Shown in pieces: positions 1-11,700 of a stretch of 49,224 nucleotides of DNA. The stretch's first letter is position 1. Each line of letters begins with the position of its first letter. The notes beneath the pieces are model-generated. The model ran no database searches and had not been told where the DNA came from. It saw only the letters and a program-made list of their open reading frames with translations. Made by a program: the position numbers and the translations under genes. Source of the stretch: a virus (lineage: Duplodnaviria > Heunggongvirae > Uroviricota > Caudoviricetes); the IMG/VR virus record IMGVR_UViG_2563366934_000004; one strand, 5' to 3'.

Positions 1-1284
1 TTACAGACTTCTGGAAGGTTGCGCAGTTCTTACAACACGCGGTTGATCTTCCGCGGCGTCTTCCAGCGCACTTAAATCACGGTCTTTCACTTCTGGCATT
101 TTCAGCGCAGAGATTAAACCAATCACTGAATATGCCATGATCATAATGGCGATCGGATACCAGGATTCCGTCATGGTGCAGAAAATACCCGCCAGGATAG
201 GACCAAAACCGGAAGCGATAAGACCACCAATTTCTTTAGAAATAGCCATCCGGGTAAAGCGGTTTTTACAGCCGAACATTTCTGCCATGGTAATGTTTTC
301 CAGAGCAAATAATCCCAGCACCGCACAGTTATGAATCACAATCAGTGCAACCATAATGGTGCTCGGGGCATAGCTTTTATCTACAATGATAGAAAGCATT
401 GGCCATGCCAGCACAATCGCGGAGGTATTCATAATAATATACGGGATCCGGCGACCAATTTTATCGGATAACCAACCAAGGAACGGAATGGTCATAAAGC
501 CGAGAATCGAACTAATCATCAATGCATCTGTTGGAATTGCTTTGTTAAACAATAACGTCTGCACTAAATAGCCTGCAAGGAAAGTCTGAATTAACCCGGA
601 GTTACCCGCCTGACCAAAACGCAGCCCTGTTGCCAGCCAGAAGGATTTGCTCTGGAACATGCTACCAGCAGGTGCAGGTTTTGCTGTGGGTTGGTTGCTG
701 TCATTAACCTTCTCAAAGACCGGGCTTTCTTTCAGATTCATACGTAACCAGATAGCAAAGACCATCACGACAACGCTCGCCAGGAACGGTATACGCCATC
801 CCCACGCCAGCAGTTCCTCTTTACTGAGAATGAAGAACATAAAGGCCCAGATTGCCGTTGCGCTCAAGGTTCCGCAGTTAGTTCCCATAGCTACAAATGA
901 GGAGATAATTCCGCGCTTACCTTTTGGTGCATATTCCGCCAGCATCGTACCGGCACCGGAAATTTCCGCACCTGCACCCAACCCCTGAATAATACGCAGC
1001 GTCACCAGCAAGATGGGGGCAAAAACACCAATCTGTGCATAGGTCGGTAACACACCAATTAAGGTGGTACAGATCCCCATCATGGTGATGGTAATAAAGA
1101 GCACTTTTTTACGCCCTATTCTGTCGCCCATTTTGCCGAAAATAAATGCTCCGACAATACGCGCCACATAACCTGCACCGTAGGTTCCCATTGCCAAAAT
1201 TAACGCCATTGCCGTTGATGATTCAGGAAAAAATATTTCATGAAACACTAACGCTGCGCCGAGCGAATATAACTGGAAATCCAT
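1..1284 (-). CDS. ydfJ: MFS transporter (metabolite:H+ symporter type), host gene flanking the prophage
   Basis: 427-aa ORF, ATG start at 1282-1284, TAA stop at window edge; multiple hydrophobic segments and MFS-like GRxGRK motif. Gene symbol by synteny with Qin locus in E. coli K-12 (recalled). Confidence 0.75.
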   Translation of the reverse strand: MDFQLYSLGAALVFHEIFFPESSTAMALILAMGTYGAGYVARIVGAFIFGKMGDRIGRKKVLFITITMMGICTTLIGVLPTYAQIGVFAPILLVTLRIIQGLGAGAEISGAGTMLAEYAPKGKRGIISSFVAMGTNCGTLSATAIWAFMFFILSKEELLAWGWRIPFLASVVVMVFAIWLRMNLKESPVFEKVNDSNQPTAKPAPAGSMFQSKSFWLATGLRFGQAGNSGLIQTFLAGYLVQTLLFNKAIPTDALMISSILGFMTIPFLGWLSDKIGRRIPYIIMNTSAIVLAWPMLSIIVDKSYAPSTIMVALIVIHNCAVLGLFALENITMAEMFGCKNRFTRMAISKEIGGLIASGFGPILAGIFCTMTESWYPIAIMIMAYSVIGLISALKMPEVKDRDLSALEDAAEDQPRVVRTAQPSRSL

Positions 1285-1529
1285 AATTCACAGGTGTTTT
1301 TTCCCATCCTGTGGTTTCCTTGGCGTTTTCTAGGTTTTTTCAGATAGTTGCATTTTTTAAAAAGCATCCTAAGTTCGATCTCAGTGTCTATCTGGGGCCT
1401 ATTTCTGTCCCATATATGCCCCAAAAAAACTCCCCAACAGATAAGTAGTTTTTTCATGGATTTATGCGTAAAATCAAGAACGGCTGGAAATCATTCAATA
1501 CTCACACTATCGAAAAATTTACCAGCCAA

Positions 1530-1568
1530 CCGCAGCACGTTCTTGCATAAGGCGTGTCTGCGGTTTTT
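1530..1568 (+). terminator. Rho-independent terminator-like hairpin (orphan)
   Basis: CCGCAGCACG-13 nt loop-CGTG(T)CTGCGG followed by TTTTT on plus strand; no convincing upstream plus-strand gene. Confidence 0.3.
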
Positions 1569-2069
1569 CAACTATTCAGATACATCACTCCCATCACATT
1601 CATTCCTCCGCATCAAAGGCATATAGGCTATATCACCTTGATATTTTTCTTCTTCAGATAAAAACTGTTATCTATGTATACTTTTAAACCCAATCCGTGT
1701 AGAGTCTCTGCATAAGATAGTTTGCAGTTGCCGCTTCAGCTTGCGCCATAAACCGCCTGATTTTTGCTGCCACCTGTTAGCATTCCTGTATACCTGAAAC
1801 GACAATGTTTATCTACGAACTTTAAGAACACCCAAGATAAAAATTGTCAACTATATCATATATAACACATTACTAATTCGAGGCTATATGAACAGCATAC
1901 TGATAATCACTTCTCTCCTTATCATATTCAGCATTTTTAGTCATGCCCTAATAAAATTAGGGATTGGCATATCCAATAACCCAGACAAAACCGATGTATA
2001 AGTCAACATATCCTGAATCAGACATACAATATCGCAATGAAAATCAATAATATTTTAAGGAATATCTTC

Positions 2070-2303
2070 ATGAAATCAAAAGACACCCTAAAGTGGTTCC
2101 CTGCGCAGCTTCCTGAAGTAAGAATTATCCTAGGGGATGCTGTAGTGGAAGTAGCAAAACAGGGAAGACCTATTAATACCAGAACATTGCTTGATTACAT
2201 TGAAGGAAACATAAAGAAAAAATCATGGCTGGATAACAAAGAATTATTACAAACAGCGATATCAGTTCTTAAAGACAACCAAAATTTAAATGGTAAAATG
2301 TAA
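2070..2303 (+). CDS. ydfK: YdfK/YnaE-family small prophage protein
   Basis: 77-aa ORF from ATG 2070 (MKSKDTLKWFPAQLPEV...), AAGGAA RBS 8 nt upstream; sits next to pin as in Qin/Rac. Confidence 0.6.
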   Translation: MKSKDTLKWFPAQLPEVRIILGDAVVEVAKQGRPINTRTLLDYIEGNIKKKSWLDNKELLQTAISVLKDNQNLNGKM

Positions 2304-2619
2304 TATAATAAACTTACTTTTTTATCATTTTTCCACTTCAACAACATTTTGCTCCACTTTTCCACGTCCAAACAACTTGAAATCTGGTTAAAATAACACG
2401 CAACACTATTCTTCTTCCTTGAGTCCGCCCGGAACTCGAAAAACAAACCGAGTTAAAGCCATTTTTCACAAAATCGATTTTGGGTCTCACCAAAATTACG
2501 GGGTTGCATACGCATTCGTTTATTTTCGAACGTGTACATACAAATATGCACAAAAATAATCATAATTATTTTCTGAGATGCATTATGATATGAACACCAA
2601 TTTCGTATAGAGTCTCACT

Positions 2620-3210
2620 ATGTCTCGAATTTTTGCTTACTGTCGGATATCAACGCTGGATCAGACCACCGAAAATCAACGCCGGGAAATCGAAAGTGCA
2701 GGTTTTAAAATCAAACCTCAGCAAATAATCGAAGAACACATTAGCGGCTCAGCAGCAACCAGTGAGCGTCCTGGTTTTAACCGGTTGCTTGCTCGCCTGA
2801 AATGTGGTGATCAATTGATTGTGACAAAACTGGATCGCCTTGGTTGTAATGCAATGGATATCAGGAAAACAGTGGAACAACTGACCGAAACAGGTATCAG
2901 AGTGCATTGCTTGGCATTGGGTGGCATTGACCTGACCAGTCCAACAGGAAAAATGATGATGCAAGTAATTTCAGCAGTCGCTGAATTTGAACGAGACCTT
3001 TTACTTGAACGCACTCATTCCGGGATAGTAAGAGCCCGCGGCGCAGGGAAACGTTTTGGTCGACCACCTGTGTTAAATGAAGAACAGAAACAGGTGGTAT
3101 TCGAACGAATTAAGTCAGGTGTAAGTATAAGTGCCATTGCCCGGGAATTCAAAACCTCGCGGCAAACCATTTTAAGAGCCAAAGCAAAACTTCAGACACC
3201 TGACATATAA
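2620..3210 (+). CDS. pin: Serine-recombinase DNA invertase (Pin/Gin/Hin family)
   Basis: 196 aa, ATG 2620; N-terminal catalytic region [15 protein letters not shown] with active-site Ser context, C-terminal HTH; classic invertase adjacent to tail-fibre genes. Confidence 0.9.
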
Positions 3211-3307
3211 AAAATAATCTCGGTGTGAGATGCTTTACGTGTTCCAAGCCCCCTTCCTTGCCGTAAATGGAAAGATACATCTAATTATAGAATTTATATG
3301 TTTTACC

Positions 3308-3883
3308 CTACGGCAGTGCTGGCCATTCAATATCCTGTGCAGTTGACGTATCAACACGGTTCAGCAATACCCGATACTTTTTCCATGCTTCCAGCAACGA
3401 GATTTCTTCCTCCGTTGCAATTTCCAGATCTGCAGCATCCTGAAGCGGCGCAATATGCTCACTGGCTACCTGCATCAGGTTGTTTTTTGTTTCTTCCGCC
3501 TCCCGGATCCGGAACAGTTTTTCTGCTTCCGTATCCTTCACCCAAGCTGTGCCGTTCCACTTCTGAAACTCCCCTTCCGGCGATAACCAGGTAACATTTT
3601 CCGGTAACGGACCGAGTTCAGAAATAAATAACGCGTCGCCGGAAGCCACGTCATAGACGGTTTTTCCCCGATGATCTTCAACGAGATGCCACGATGCCTC
3701 ATCACTGTTGAAAACAGCCACGAAGCCTGCCGGAATATCTGGCGGTGCAATATCGGTACTGTTTGCTGGCAGACCTGTATGAGGCGGAATATATGCGTCA
3801 CCTTCACCAATAAATTCATTAGTTCCGGCCAGCAGATTATAAATTTTTATGGTCCGTGCTTGTTCACTCATTCTGAATGCCAT
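3308..3883 (-). CDS. tfa: Tail fibre assembly protein (Tfa chaperone)
   Basis: 191 aa; ATG overlaps stf stop by 1 nt (TAATG); Tfa-like sequence immediately downstream of stf. Confidence 0.85.
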   Translation of the reverse strand: MAFRMSEQARTIKIYNLLAGTNEFIGEGDAYIPPHTGLPANSTDIAPPDIPAGFVAVFNSDEASWHLVEDHRGKTVYDVASGDALFISELGPLPENVTWLSPEGEFQKWNGTAWVKDTEAEKLFRIREAEETKNNLMQVASEHIAPLQDAADLEIATEEEISLLEAWKKYRVLLNRVDTSTAQDIEWPALP

Positions 3884-6846
3884 TATGCAAGCCTCACAAT
3901 ATAGTTAAATGCGATGTTTTTGACGGTGTTTTCCGCGTTACCAGCAGCGTTAACGGTGATGGTGTGTCCATGTGAACCAATCGCAACGGAGTGCGTATGA
4001 GCACCAATACTGACAGTATGTGCATGTGCGCCTGCGCTTGCAGCAGTGCCGGACAGCGAGTGGGTATGAGCACCATCTGATGATGTCTTCCCTGCATTAC
4101 GAGTCTGGCCACTACCGCTTGTTGTGCTCATAATCCCCGCGCTTAGATTTGAAATCGCGGTATAACCATTAGGGAAAATGCTCGTGTTCGTGCCACCAAA
4201 TGCACCGGAACTCTTGTGTTGGTGCGCACCGGCACTATTTGCAGTCCCGCTAATACTATGGGTATGCGCCCCGGTGTTATTCGTGGATTTGGTTCCGTAA
4301 TCAAACGACGATGTGTTTTTCGTCCCCAAATCCGTACTGGATGCGCTGGCGCTGTGGGTGTGCGATTTAATGCCGTCCTGTTCCTGAGACAATACGGCAC
4401 GACCACTGGCGGGTTTGCCCTTAATCGTCCAGCCACGCATATCAGGGATCACGCCTGACGGATAAGCGGCTGCAAGTTTCGGGTATGCAGATTTGTCAAA
4501 AGTCTGCCCCTGCATCAGGGCATAGCCAGACGGAACGGTATCTGATGGCCACGGGATTGGTGCGCCAGGCGGATAAAACTGCTCTGATGGCGTATAGAGT
4601 GAATAAACTGTACCGTCCGTTAACCCTTCCGGCTTATTAGCAGAATATGCTGGTGACGTATGAATCGTCACGCTGGCATTACTGGTATAATCCCATTGAA
4701 TATTTACACCAGTCGCATAATTTCCGATTGCAACGTAAATATCGTAAGTATCACCAGATGTATTGACCCAGGCAAAATTTGTAAACCCTGTCGATGTGCG
4801 CTGCCATAAAGCACCAGTAATCCCCTTCGGATTACCATTACCTGCACGCAAAACAAGTTCAGATATACCTGCCTGTTGAGGTGACCCCACGTTAAATCCC
4901 GCGCCACCAATCAACGTAATTGAAACAACAGAACTCGCCTGTGGCATGGTTACCGTTGCTAATTTGAACCAACCAGCACCACCGCTGAATGACATTGTTG
5001 TTGAGTTAAGCGTACCAATATCTTTCGGCGTCAGTGTTATATCAGCTGAAAGCGCCTTACCATTCACCTTACGGGCAGAAGGTACCCGACCATTCGCATT
5101 ATCATTAGCTGCTTTCACTGCTTTCGGTGTCGCGGCAAGCGTTTCAGATGCGCTGTTGGTTGCACTACTGAGCTGGACAATTCCTTTTTGTGTTGTCGTA
5201 GCGTCCTGAGCAGTATATTTCCCGTTAGCAAGGTCATAGGCTGCCTTTACCGACTTTGGCGTTGCCGCCAGCATTTCAGATGTGCTGTTGGTCGCGTTGC
5301 TAAGCTGAACTATCCCTTTCTGTGCTGTCGTTGCATCCTGTGCGGTGTATTTCCCGTTAGCCAGCTCATACGCGGCCTTAACGGCTTTTGGCGTTGCCGC
5401 CAGTGACTCGGAAGTGCTGTTAGTCGCACTGCTGAGCTGTACTATCCCCTTTTTCGTCGTGCTCGCATCCTCAAGCGCCACGGCGGATGCAATATCCTCT
5501 GCCCGTTTTGCCGCTGTCTCGGCGCGCGTTGCCGCGGATTCCGCCGTACTTTTGCTCTGAGCTGCCGCCGTCGCACTGCCAGCAGCCTCTGTCGCCTTCG
5601 TGGATGCCGTCGTGGCGCTGCCCCTCGCTGCTGACGCTTGTCTGGTCGCCTCATCTTTTGAAGCAGACGCAGATGATGCCGATGACGCCGCCGAACTGGC
5701 GGACGATGCGGCAGCCGTTTTTGAGGATTCTGCGCTGGTTTCCGACGCTTTCGCGTTCGTTTCGGATGTCTTCGCTGCGGAAGCAGACCTCGCTGCTGCG
5801 CTGGCCTGTTCAGTGGCTTCGCCAGCCTTCGTTGTGGCTGTTGAAGCGGATGATGCAGCACTTTCTGCCGATTTTCCGGCGGCGGAGGCACTGGCTGAGG
5901 CCTGCCCGGCACTTGTTGACGCGGCGCTGGCAGATGATGCAGCCGCTGTTTTTGAGTCTGCTGCTGCGGAGGCACTCTGTTCCGCTGCCGTTTCAGAAGA
6001 CTTAGCGTTCGTCTCGGACGTTTTTGCCGCTTTCGCGGAATTGCCTGCCGCCGTTGCCGAGGAAGCGGAACTACTGGCGCTCGAGGCTGCGCTCGTTTCT
6101 GATGATTTTGCCGCCTCTTTTGAAGCCGACGCATCCCTGGCTGAGGAGGCAGCTTCTGACGCTTTCGTGGTCGCGGTGGATGCAGAAGTGGCGGCTGATT
6201 GTTGTGACGCTGCCGCATTCGTTTCTGACGTTTTCGCCGCACCGGCACTGGTAGCCGCCGCGCTTTTTGAGGACTCTGCAGCGGCAGCACTTTTTGATGC
6301 TTCAGTGGCCTTTGTTGATGCCGTTCCTGCGCTGGAAGACGCTGACTGAGCCGACGACGCGGCCTGTCCGGCTGACGTGCTGGCTGCGCGTGCTGAGTCC
6401 GCAGCATCAGTCGCATGGGTTGCCGCCTCACGGGCTGATGTGCTGGCATCGCTGGCTGACTTCTTCGCGGCTGCCGTGTTCTGTGCCACCGCGGACGCGT
6501 TACGCGCCACCTCTTCCACCATCAGCTCAAAACGGCGCAGTGCCTCCGGACGGACATCATCCTCAGTCATGGCACCAAGAAAATCATTCAGCGTACCGGG
6601 TTGGGAATCTTCATACACGGTGATGGTCCCGGCATGTGACGGCGGGAATCCCTCCACCAACAGAATAACGCTGTACTGCCCGTACTCAACGTCCATGCTG
6701 TAACGCCCGGCTTCATCCGGATTTTCTGAGGCCAGCGTGTTCACCACCACCGTGGTGCTGTTACGTTTTGCTTTCAGCTGGATTGTGCAGTTCTGTACCG
6801 GTTTTCCTGTGCCGTCTTTCAGTACACCTGAAATCTTTACTGCCAT
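3883..6846 (-). CDS. stf: Side tail fibre protein (Stf)
   Basis: Start taken at [12 protein letters not shown] (ATG 6844-6846, GGGGTGA RBS). Conserved N-terminus, long Ala/Ser/Thr-rich central region, three tandem 44-aa repeats, His-rich HxH C-terminal receptor-binding region. Confidence 0.85.
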   Translation of the reverse strand: MAVKISGVLKDGTGKPVQNCTIQLKAKRNSTTVVVNTLASENPDEAGRYSMDVEYGQYSVILLVEGFPPSHAGTITVYEDSQPGTLNDFLGAMTEDDVRPEALRRFELMVEEVARNASAVAQNTAAAKKSASDASTSAREAATHATDAADSARAASTSAGQAASSAQSASSSAGTASTKATEASKSAAAAESSKSAAATSAGAAKTSETNAAASQQSAATSASTATTKASEAASSARDASASKEAAKSSETSAASSASSSASSATAAGNSAKAAKTSETNAKSSETAAEQSASAAADSKTAAASSASAASTSAGQASASASAAGKSAESAASSASTATTKAGEATEQASAAARSASAAKTSETNAKASETSAESSKTAAASSASSAASSASSASASKDEATRQASAARGSATTASTKATEAAGSATAAAQSKSTAESAATRAETAAKRAEDIASAVALEDASTTKKGIVQLSSATNSTSESLAATPKAVKAAYELANGKYTAQDATTAQKGIVQLSNATNSTSEMLAATPKSVKAAYDLANGKYTAQDATTTQKGIVQLSSATNSASETLAATPKAVKAANDNANGRVPSARKVNGKALSADITLTPKDIGTLNSTTMSFSGGAGWFKLATVTMPQASSVVSITLIGGAGFNVGSPQQAGISELVLRAGNGNPKGITGALWQRTSTGFTNFAWVNTSGDTYDIYVAIGNYATGVNIQWDYTSNASVTIHTSPAYSANKPEGLTDGTVYSLYTPSEQFYPPGAPIPWPSDTVPSGYALMQGQTFDKSAYPKLAAAYPSGVIPDMRGWTIKGKPASGRAVLSQEQDGIKSHTHSASASSTDLGTKNTSSFDYGTKSTNNTGAHTHSISGTANSAGAHQHKSSGAFGGTNTSIFPNGYTAISNLSAGIMSTTSGSGQTRNAGKTSSDGAHTHSLSGTAASAGAHAHTVSIGAHTHSVAIGSHGHTITVNAAGNAENTVKNIAFNYIVRLA
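5090..5490 (-). repeat. Three tandem ~132-bp (44-aa) coding repeats inside stf
   Basis: Near-identical 132-bp units (phase markers at 5143, 5275, 5407) encoding ...[44 protein letters not shown]... Confidence 0.8.
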
Positions 6847-6861
6847 ATTCACCCCACAAAA

Positions 6862-6885
6862 AAGCCCGCCTGAACAGGCGGGCTG
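6862..6885 (-). terminator. Rho-independent terminator after lom
   Basis: Minus strand GCCCGCCTG-TTCA-GGCGGGC followed by TTTTTT. Confidence 0.6.
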
Positions 6886-6910
6886 TCATAACACTGTGTT
6901 ACCTGGCTAA

Positions 6911-7510
6911 TCAGAACTTATAACCGACACCCACGATGAAACCGTCAGTGCGCCAGTCGCCACTGCCGGAGCCTTCATAAGCAATATCAATGGCCACGGA
7001 TTCGGTCGGGTTAAACTGCACGCCAGCTCCCCACGCCAGAGACGTGTTGCTGTGGCGACCGTCATCACTTCCGGTCAGCACGTCGTGCGTTTTCCCCTTG
7101 TTGTCAGTTACGCGGAGATAATCCCCGGAGAAAGTCGACACACGGCTGTAAGCCATACCCGCCATCGCATACGCGCTGAACCATTCATTCACGCGCACAG
7201 ACGGCCCCACCATCACGCTGAACCAGCGGTTACGCACGGAATCTTCATGCCAGCGGGTATCGCTGTAACGGGTAAGCTGGCGATTCTTGTCTCCTGCATA
7301 GCTGAATGACGTCACCAGCCCCAGTGTGTCCGTAAACTCATAACGGTATTTCACGTTAATCCCGTTCAGATCATCGCTGCCGGGAACGTTCGTCGAGGCA
7401 TGAAGATACCCCGCGCTCAGCGTGGACTGATGTTCAGATGCCCATGCAGGCGCACCGGATACGGCCAGACAAATGGCTGCGGAAAAAATGGCGGCATAAA
7501 GTTTACGCAT
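6911..7510 (-). CDS. lom: Lom/Ail/PagC-family outer membrane protein
   Basis: 199 aa, signal peptide ([24 protein letters not shown]), beta-barrel-like alternating pattern, C-terminal GYKF; position between J and stf as in lambda. Confidence 0.85.
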
Positions 7511-7533
7511 AATTACCTCTCGCTTTTCTGCAA

Positions 7534-7560
7534 TAAAAAAGGCACCATTTCTGGTGCCCT
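7534..7560 (-). terminator. Rho-independent terminator after J
   Basis: Minus strand GGCACCA-GAAA-TGGTGCC followed by TTTTTT. Confidence 0.55.
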
Positions 7561-7579
7561 TATATGGGTTATAACAATT

Positions 7580-10500
7580 TCAACGAATACTGATGCCGGA
7601 AGCGGCTTTTTTGGTCACAATCACCGTACAGTCGGTGATATTACCTGCCCGCTGATTGCCTTTATGGAAAACCTTAAACTCCAGAGTGACGCTTCCCCTG
7701 CCACTCGGCATATCAATAACCGCACTGTAGCTACCGGGAATGGCCCCTTTAGTTTCTCTGGATGCGATTAATACACCGTTTTTGCGAACTTCAAAACCAT
7801 ACCCCGTGTATCTTGTACCTCCCGGGTTATTACCACTTCCCGGATCGCTATACGCTATTCCGTTAAAGATAATGGGCGGAATAATGATTTGACGGTCAAA
7901 GTTATGATCATCGCTGATGGTGACTGTAACCGTCCCGTTTGGTGTTTCCGTATTACCCCACGTACCAGCCTGTTTCGGGAATGATTTGGATACAGCTTTA
8001 ACGAAGTCACCTCTGACCTGAGTCGCCTCCAGCATGCCCTTAATCGTACAGTTTTCATTTACCGTGACATTGTTGAGCGTCCCGGCGTTCGCATTCACAC
8101 TGCCACTGATATCCGCATTTTTAGCGGTCAGCTTTCCGTCTGATGTCAGGGAAAATACCGGAGGACTGCCACCACTGGTAATGGTGGGGGCCGTCAGGCG
8201 CTTCAGGAACACGTCGTTCATGAATATCTGATTGCCCTGCGCCACAAACATCGGCGTTTCATTCCCGTTTGCCGGGTCAATAAATGCGATACGGTTAGCG
8301 GCAACCAGAAACTGACTCAGTTTGCCTTCCTCCGTGTCCTCCATGCTGAGGCCAATACCCGCGACATAATGTTTGCCGTCTTTGGTCTGCTCAATTTTGA
8401 CAGCCCACATGGCATTCCACTTATCGTTGGCGTCCTTCCACTCTTTCGAAAACTCCTCCAGTCTGCTGGCGTTATCCTCCGTCAGCTCGACTTTTTCCAG
8501 CAGCTCCTTGCCGAGATGGGATTCGGTTATCTTGCCTTTGAAAAAATCCAGGTAACCTTCCGCATCATCGCTCGCCCGACCGACGGCCTCCACGAATGCC
8601 GATTTGCCAACGGTGTTCACACTGCGGATATAAAAGTAATAATCATGGCCCGGTTTGATATTGATACTGGCGGCTATCCAGTACAGCGCCGTACCAAGAT
8701 AGCGGGCTGTGGTTTCAACCTGCCTGATATCGGTAATCCGCTTTTCCGAGAACCAGAACTCAAACTGTACCGTCGGGTCATAAACCGCAAGATGCGGCGT
8801 GGCGGTTATCTGAAAATAGCCCGGCGTCAGCTCAATCCGCGACGGTGCTGCCGGTGCGGCAATCCGGAACGATACCGACGCCGGATCGCCCTGCTGCCCC
8901 CACGCATTTACCGCCCGGACTGTCAGCCTGTAGTTCCCCAGCGCCAGTTGCGTGAAGCGGTATGTGGTTTCCGTCGTCCGGGCCGTGCTGACCAGCCGCT
9001 CACTGCCGTCATCCGCTGTTACGGTCAGACGGAGCAGGAAGCTCACGCCCTTCACCACCTTCGGCGTGTCCCAGCGCGCCAGCACCTGATATTCCCCGCT
9101 GTCTGCGGTGACTTCGGCGGTCAGGTGCTGCACCGCTGGCGGCGTGACACCATTCACCGTGCTGCTCTGGTCGCCGTCAAAGTGCGCCCCGTTATCCACG
9201 ATGGCTTCTTTTTCCGGTACATGCTGCACGGCAGTGATGGCATACGTGCCGTCATCGTTCTCACGGATACTCACACAGCGGAACAGGCGCTGACGCAACG
9301 TCGGCAACTTCAGCCCCCACACACTGTATTCTGCAACGCCATCAGGAACCCGGTTCACTTTCACCTTAAGTCCGTCGGTGACGGACTGAACCTCCACGCT
9401 GACCGGATTACCACTTCCGTCAACCAGGCTTATCAGCGTGGTACCGGAGGATGGCAGCGTGATTTCACGGTCGAGCGTCAGCGTCCGGGTCTGGCTGTTC
9501 ACCGCCAGCACGCGACCACCGGTGCTGATACCGGCATAGTCATCATCGCAGATTTCAATGACATCGCCCGGTACATGGCGAAGCCCTTCAGCACCCACGC
9601 TGAAATCCACGGTCTGCGTCTCCAGCAGTTCAGTTTTAATCAGCCACAGCCCGGCGCGGTGTGCCTGCCCCCGGCTGGTACAGCCAAAGGCATCCATCTT
9701 CGTGACATTACGACCGTAACGGGCAATGGCCTGCGTATCTTCAACAAGCTCTGTCGCCGTCTCCCAGCCGTTGTTCGGGTCAATCCAGTTCACCTCAACG
9801 GCATTATGGCGGTCCTTCAGGGCGCTGAAGCTGTAGCGGAACGGCGCGCCATCATCCGGCATCACCACATTACTGCGGTTATAGGTCCACACCTTATCTG
9901 ATAGTCGGTCCTGCACGAACGTCAGCGTCTGCCCGTTCCATACCGGCATACAGCGCATCGCCGAGCAGAAATCACTGAGCACATCCCACGCCTTACGCTG
10001 CGTGGTCAGCCAGGCATTACAGGTGATGCGCGGCTCCGTGCCGCCAAAACCGTCCGGCACTGACTGGTCGCAGTACTGGCCGATGACATACAGCGCCCAT
10101 TTATCCACATCCGCAGCACCAAGACGTTTCCCCATGCCGTAGCGCGGGTGGGTCAGCATATCCCACAGACACCAGGCCGGGTTGTTGCTGTATGCCGGCT
10201 TAAACGTTCCGTCCCAGATACCGCTGTATTGCCGCGTCTGCGGGTTATAGTTCGACGGCACCTGCAGAATGCGCCCGCGAAGATGATAATTACGGCTCAC
10301 CTGCTGGCTGCCGAACTGCTCCGAATCCACCTGCACGCCGACCAGTGCCGTGTTCGGGTAGCCCTGTTTCACATCGATGATTTCGGTGTATGACGACCAG
10401 AGCGTTTTGTTCTGCAGCTGGTCTGTGGTGCTGTCCGGCGTCATCCTGCGCATCCGGATATTGAACGGGCGCGGCGGCAGGTTACCCACCACCACCGAGG

Positions 10501-10993
10501 CCAGATACTGCGAGGTGGTTTTGCCCTTAATGGTGATGTCTTTTTCCGTCACCCAGCCACCATTACGCTGGATCTGAACCAGCAGGCGGACTTCCGACGG
10601 ATTCCGGTCCCCCTTTGAGGTGGTTTCCACCAGTGCCTGCACGCCGAAGGTAAAACGCAGTCGGTCAATGTTTGCCGACGTGATGGTCCGGGTGATCGGC
10701 GTGTCGTATTTCACTTCCGTACCCAGCACCGTCTCGGAGCCGGAGGATTCAAATCCCTCCGGCGGTGTCTGCTCCTGCTCACCGGCCCGGAACACCACCG
10801 TGACGCCGGAGATATTGGTATTCCCCTCACTGTCCAGCACTGGCGTACTGTTCAGCAGCACGCTTTTTAATCCATCCACCGGACCTTCAACCGGCCCTTC
10901 GCTGATGGCATCGATCACACTCAGCAACTGCGTGGACTTCAGGTTGTCCTTCGCTTCGCGCGGAGTATGCCCCTTACTGCTGCCTTTACCCAT
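7580..10993 (-). CDS. J: Host specificity protein J (central tail fibre / tip attachment)
   Basis: 1137 aa, ATG 10991-10993; size and position (after I, before lom) match lambda J. Confidence 0.9.
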   Translation of the reverse strand: MGKGSSKGHTPREAKDNLKSTQLLSVIDAISEGPVEGPVDGLKSVLLNSTPVLDSEGNTNISGVTVVFRAGEQEQTPPEGFESSGSETVLGTEVKYDTPITRTITSANIDRLRFTFGVQALVETTSKGDRNPSEVRLLVQIQRNGGWVTEKDITIKGKTTSQYLASVVVGNLPPRPFNIRMRRMTPDSTTDQLQNKTLWSSYTEIIDVKQGYPNTALVGVQVDSEQFGSQQVSRNYHLRGRILQVPSNYNPQTRQYSGIWDGTFKPAYSNNPAWCLWDMLTHPRYGMGKRLGAADVDKWALYVIGQYCDQSVPDGFGGTEPRITCNAWLTTQRKAWDVLSDFCSAMRCMPVWNGQTLTFVQDRLSDKVWTYNRSNVVMPDDGAPFRYSFSALKDRHNAVEVNWIDPNNGWETATELVEDTQAIARYGRNVTKMDAFGCTSRGQAHRAGLWLIKTELLETQTVDFSVGAEGLRHVPGDVIEICDDDYAGISTGGRVLAVNSQTRTLTLDREITLPSSGTTLISLVDGSGNPVSVEVQSVTDGLKVKVNRVPDGVAEYSVWGLKLPTLRQRLFRCVSIRENDDGTYAITAVQHVPEKEAIVDNGAHFDGDQSSTVNGVTPPAVQHLTAEVTADSGEYQVLARWDTPKVVKGVSFLLRLTVTADDGSERLVSTARTTETTYRFTQLALGNYRLTVRAVNAWGQQGDPASVSFRIAAPAAPSRIELTPGYFQITATPHLAVYDPTVQFEFWFSEKRITDIRQVETTARYLGTALYWIAASINIKPGHDYYFYIRSVNTVGKSAFVEAVGRASDDAEGYLDFFKGKITESHLGKELLEKVELTEDNASRLEEFSKEWKDANDKWNAMWAVKIEQTKDGKHYVAGIGLSMEDTEEGKLSQFLVAANRIAFIDPANGNETPMFVAQGNQIFMNDVFLKRLTAPTITSGGSPPVFSLTSDGKLTAKNADISGSVNANAGTLNNVTVNENCTIKGMLEATQVRGDFVKAVSKSFPKQAGTWGNTETPNGTVTVTISDDHNFDRQIIIPPIIFNGIAYSDPGSGNNPGGTRYTGYGFEVRKNGVLIASRETKGAIPGSYSAVIDMPSGRGSVTLEFKVFHKGNQRAGNITDCTVIVTKKAASGISIR

Positions 10994-11052
10994 TCCTCAC
11001 GCTCCATAAACGACAAAACCGCCCAGAGGCGGTTTCACATAAACGTTTTTCA

Positions 11053-11700
11053 TCAGCGACCAATCACCACAACCTGACCACCATCCCCTTCGTCTGCCGT
11101 GCTGATCTCCTGAGAGACCACCCGCGACCCCACGCGCATTTCACCGTACAGAACCGGCAGAACATTGCCCTGGGCAACCATGTTATCCAGTGAGGAGAAA
11201 TAGGTGTTCTGTTTGCCGTTATCTGTACTTGCTGCCGTGGGCGTCCTGGCTTTCGGTGCCAGCATCTGCGCCACTCCGCCCAGGATCATACTGGCCCCTG
11301 CCGCATACATGCCCGATACAGCCGCGGCACCCAGCCAGCCCACAGGGTTCCACCATGCCACCGCAATCAGCGCCGCCCCCAGCACCACCTGAAACACACC
11401 GCCACTTTTAGCTCCCGCCAGACGCGGCACGATGTGGATCACGGCACCATTTGCCAGCGGCTCATTAAGACGGGCAGACAATTCGGTTTCACCTGCATCA
11501 CGCCCGGCAATGCGTACCTGGTACCAGCCGTCGCTCAGTTTCTGACGAAACGCCGGGTTCTGCATGGCCAGCGCCCGGATGGCTTCGGACCCCGTTTTCA
11601 CTCGAAGGTCGATGCGGCGGCCAAATCGTTGTAAATCCCCGTAAAGGCAGATGCGTGCCATGCCCGGTGACGCCAGAGGGAGTGTGTGCGTCGCTGCCAT
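11053..11700 (-). CDS. I: Tail assembly protein I
   Basis: 215 aa; MAATHTLPLASPGMARICLYGDLQRFG... matches recalled lambda I. Confidence 0.85.
   Translation of the reverse strand: MAATHTLPLASPGMARICLYGDLQRFGRRIDLRVKTGSEAIRALAMQNPAFRQKLSDGWYQVRIAGRDAGETELSARLNEPLANGAVIHIVPRLAGAKSGGVFQVVLGAALIAVAWWNPVGWLGAAAVSGMYAAGASMILGGVAQMLAPKARTPTAASTDNGKQNTYFSSLDNMVAQGNVLPVLYGEMRVGSRVVSQEISTADEGDGGQVVVIGR

Noticed and set aside
2195-2553. Minus-strand ORFs 2195..2446 and 2338..2553 upstream of pin
   Set aside because: Overlap ydfK and the pin promoter region, no RBS, low-complexity translations; judged non-coding.
5090-5490. Tandem 132-bp repeats considered as a possible CRISPR or satellite array
   Set aside because: Repeats are in-frame coding repeats of the tail fibre with no spacer structure; no CRISPR-like array was seen anywhere in the window.
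5442-6449. 335-aa Arg/Pro/Gln-rich minus-strand ORF and the 249-aa Ala/Asp-rich plus-strand ORF (5600..6349) inside stf
   Set aside because: Both are alternative-frame or antisense read-throughs of the low-complexity GC-rich stf central region; extreme composition and complete overlap with a well-supported gene.
8369-9901. 510-aa plus-strand ORF antisense to J
   Set aside because: Shadow ORF in a GC-rich gene; no RBS, no recognisable domains, fully inside J.
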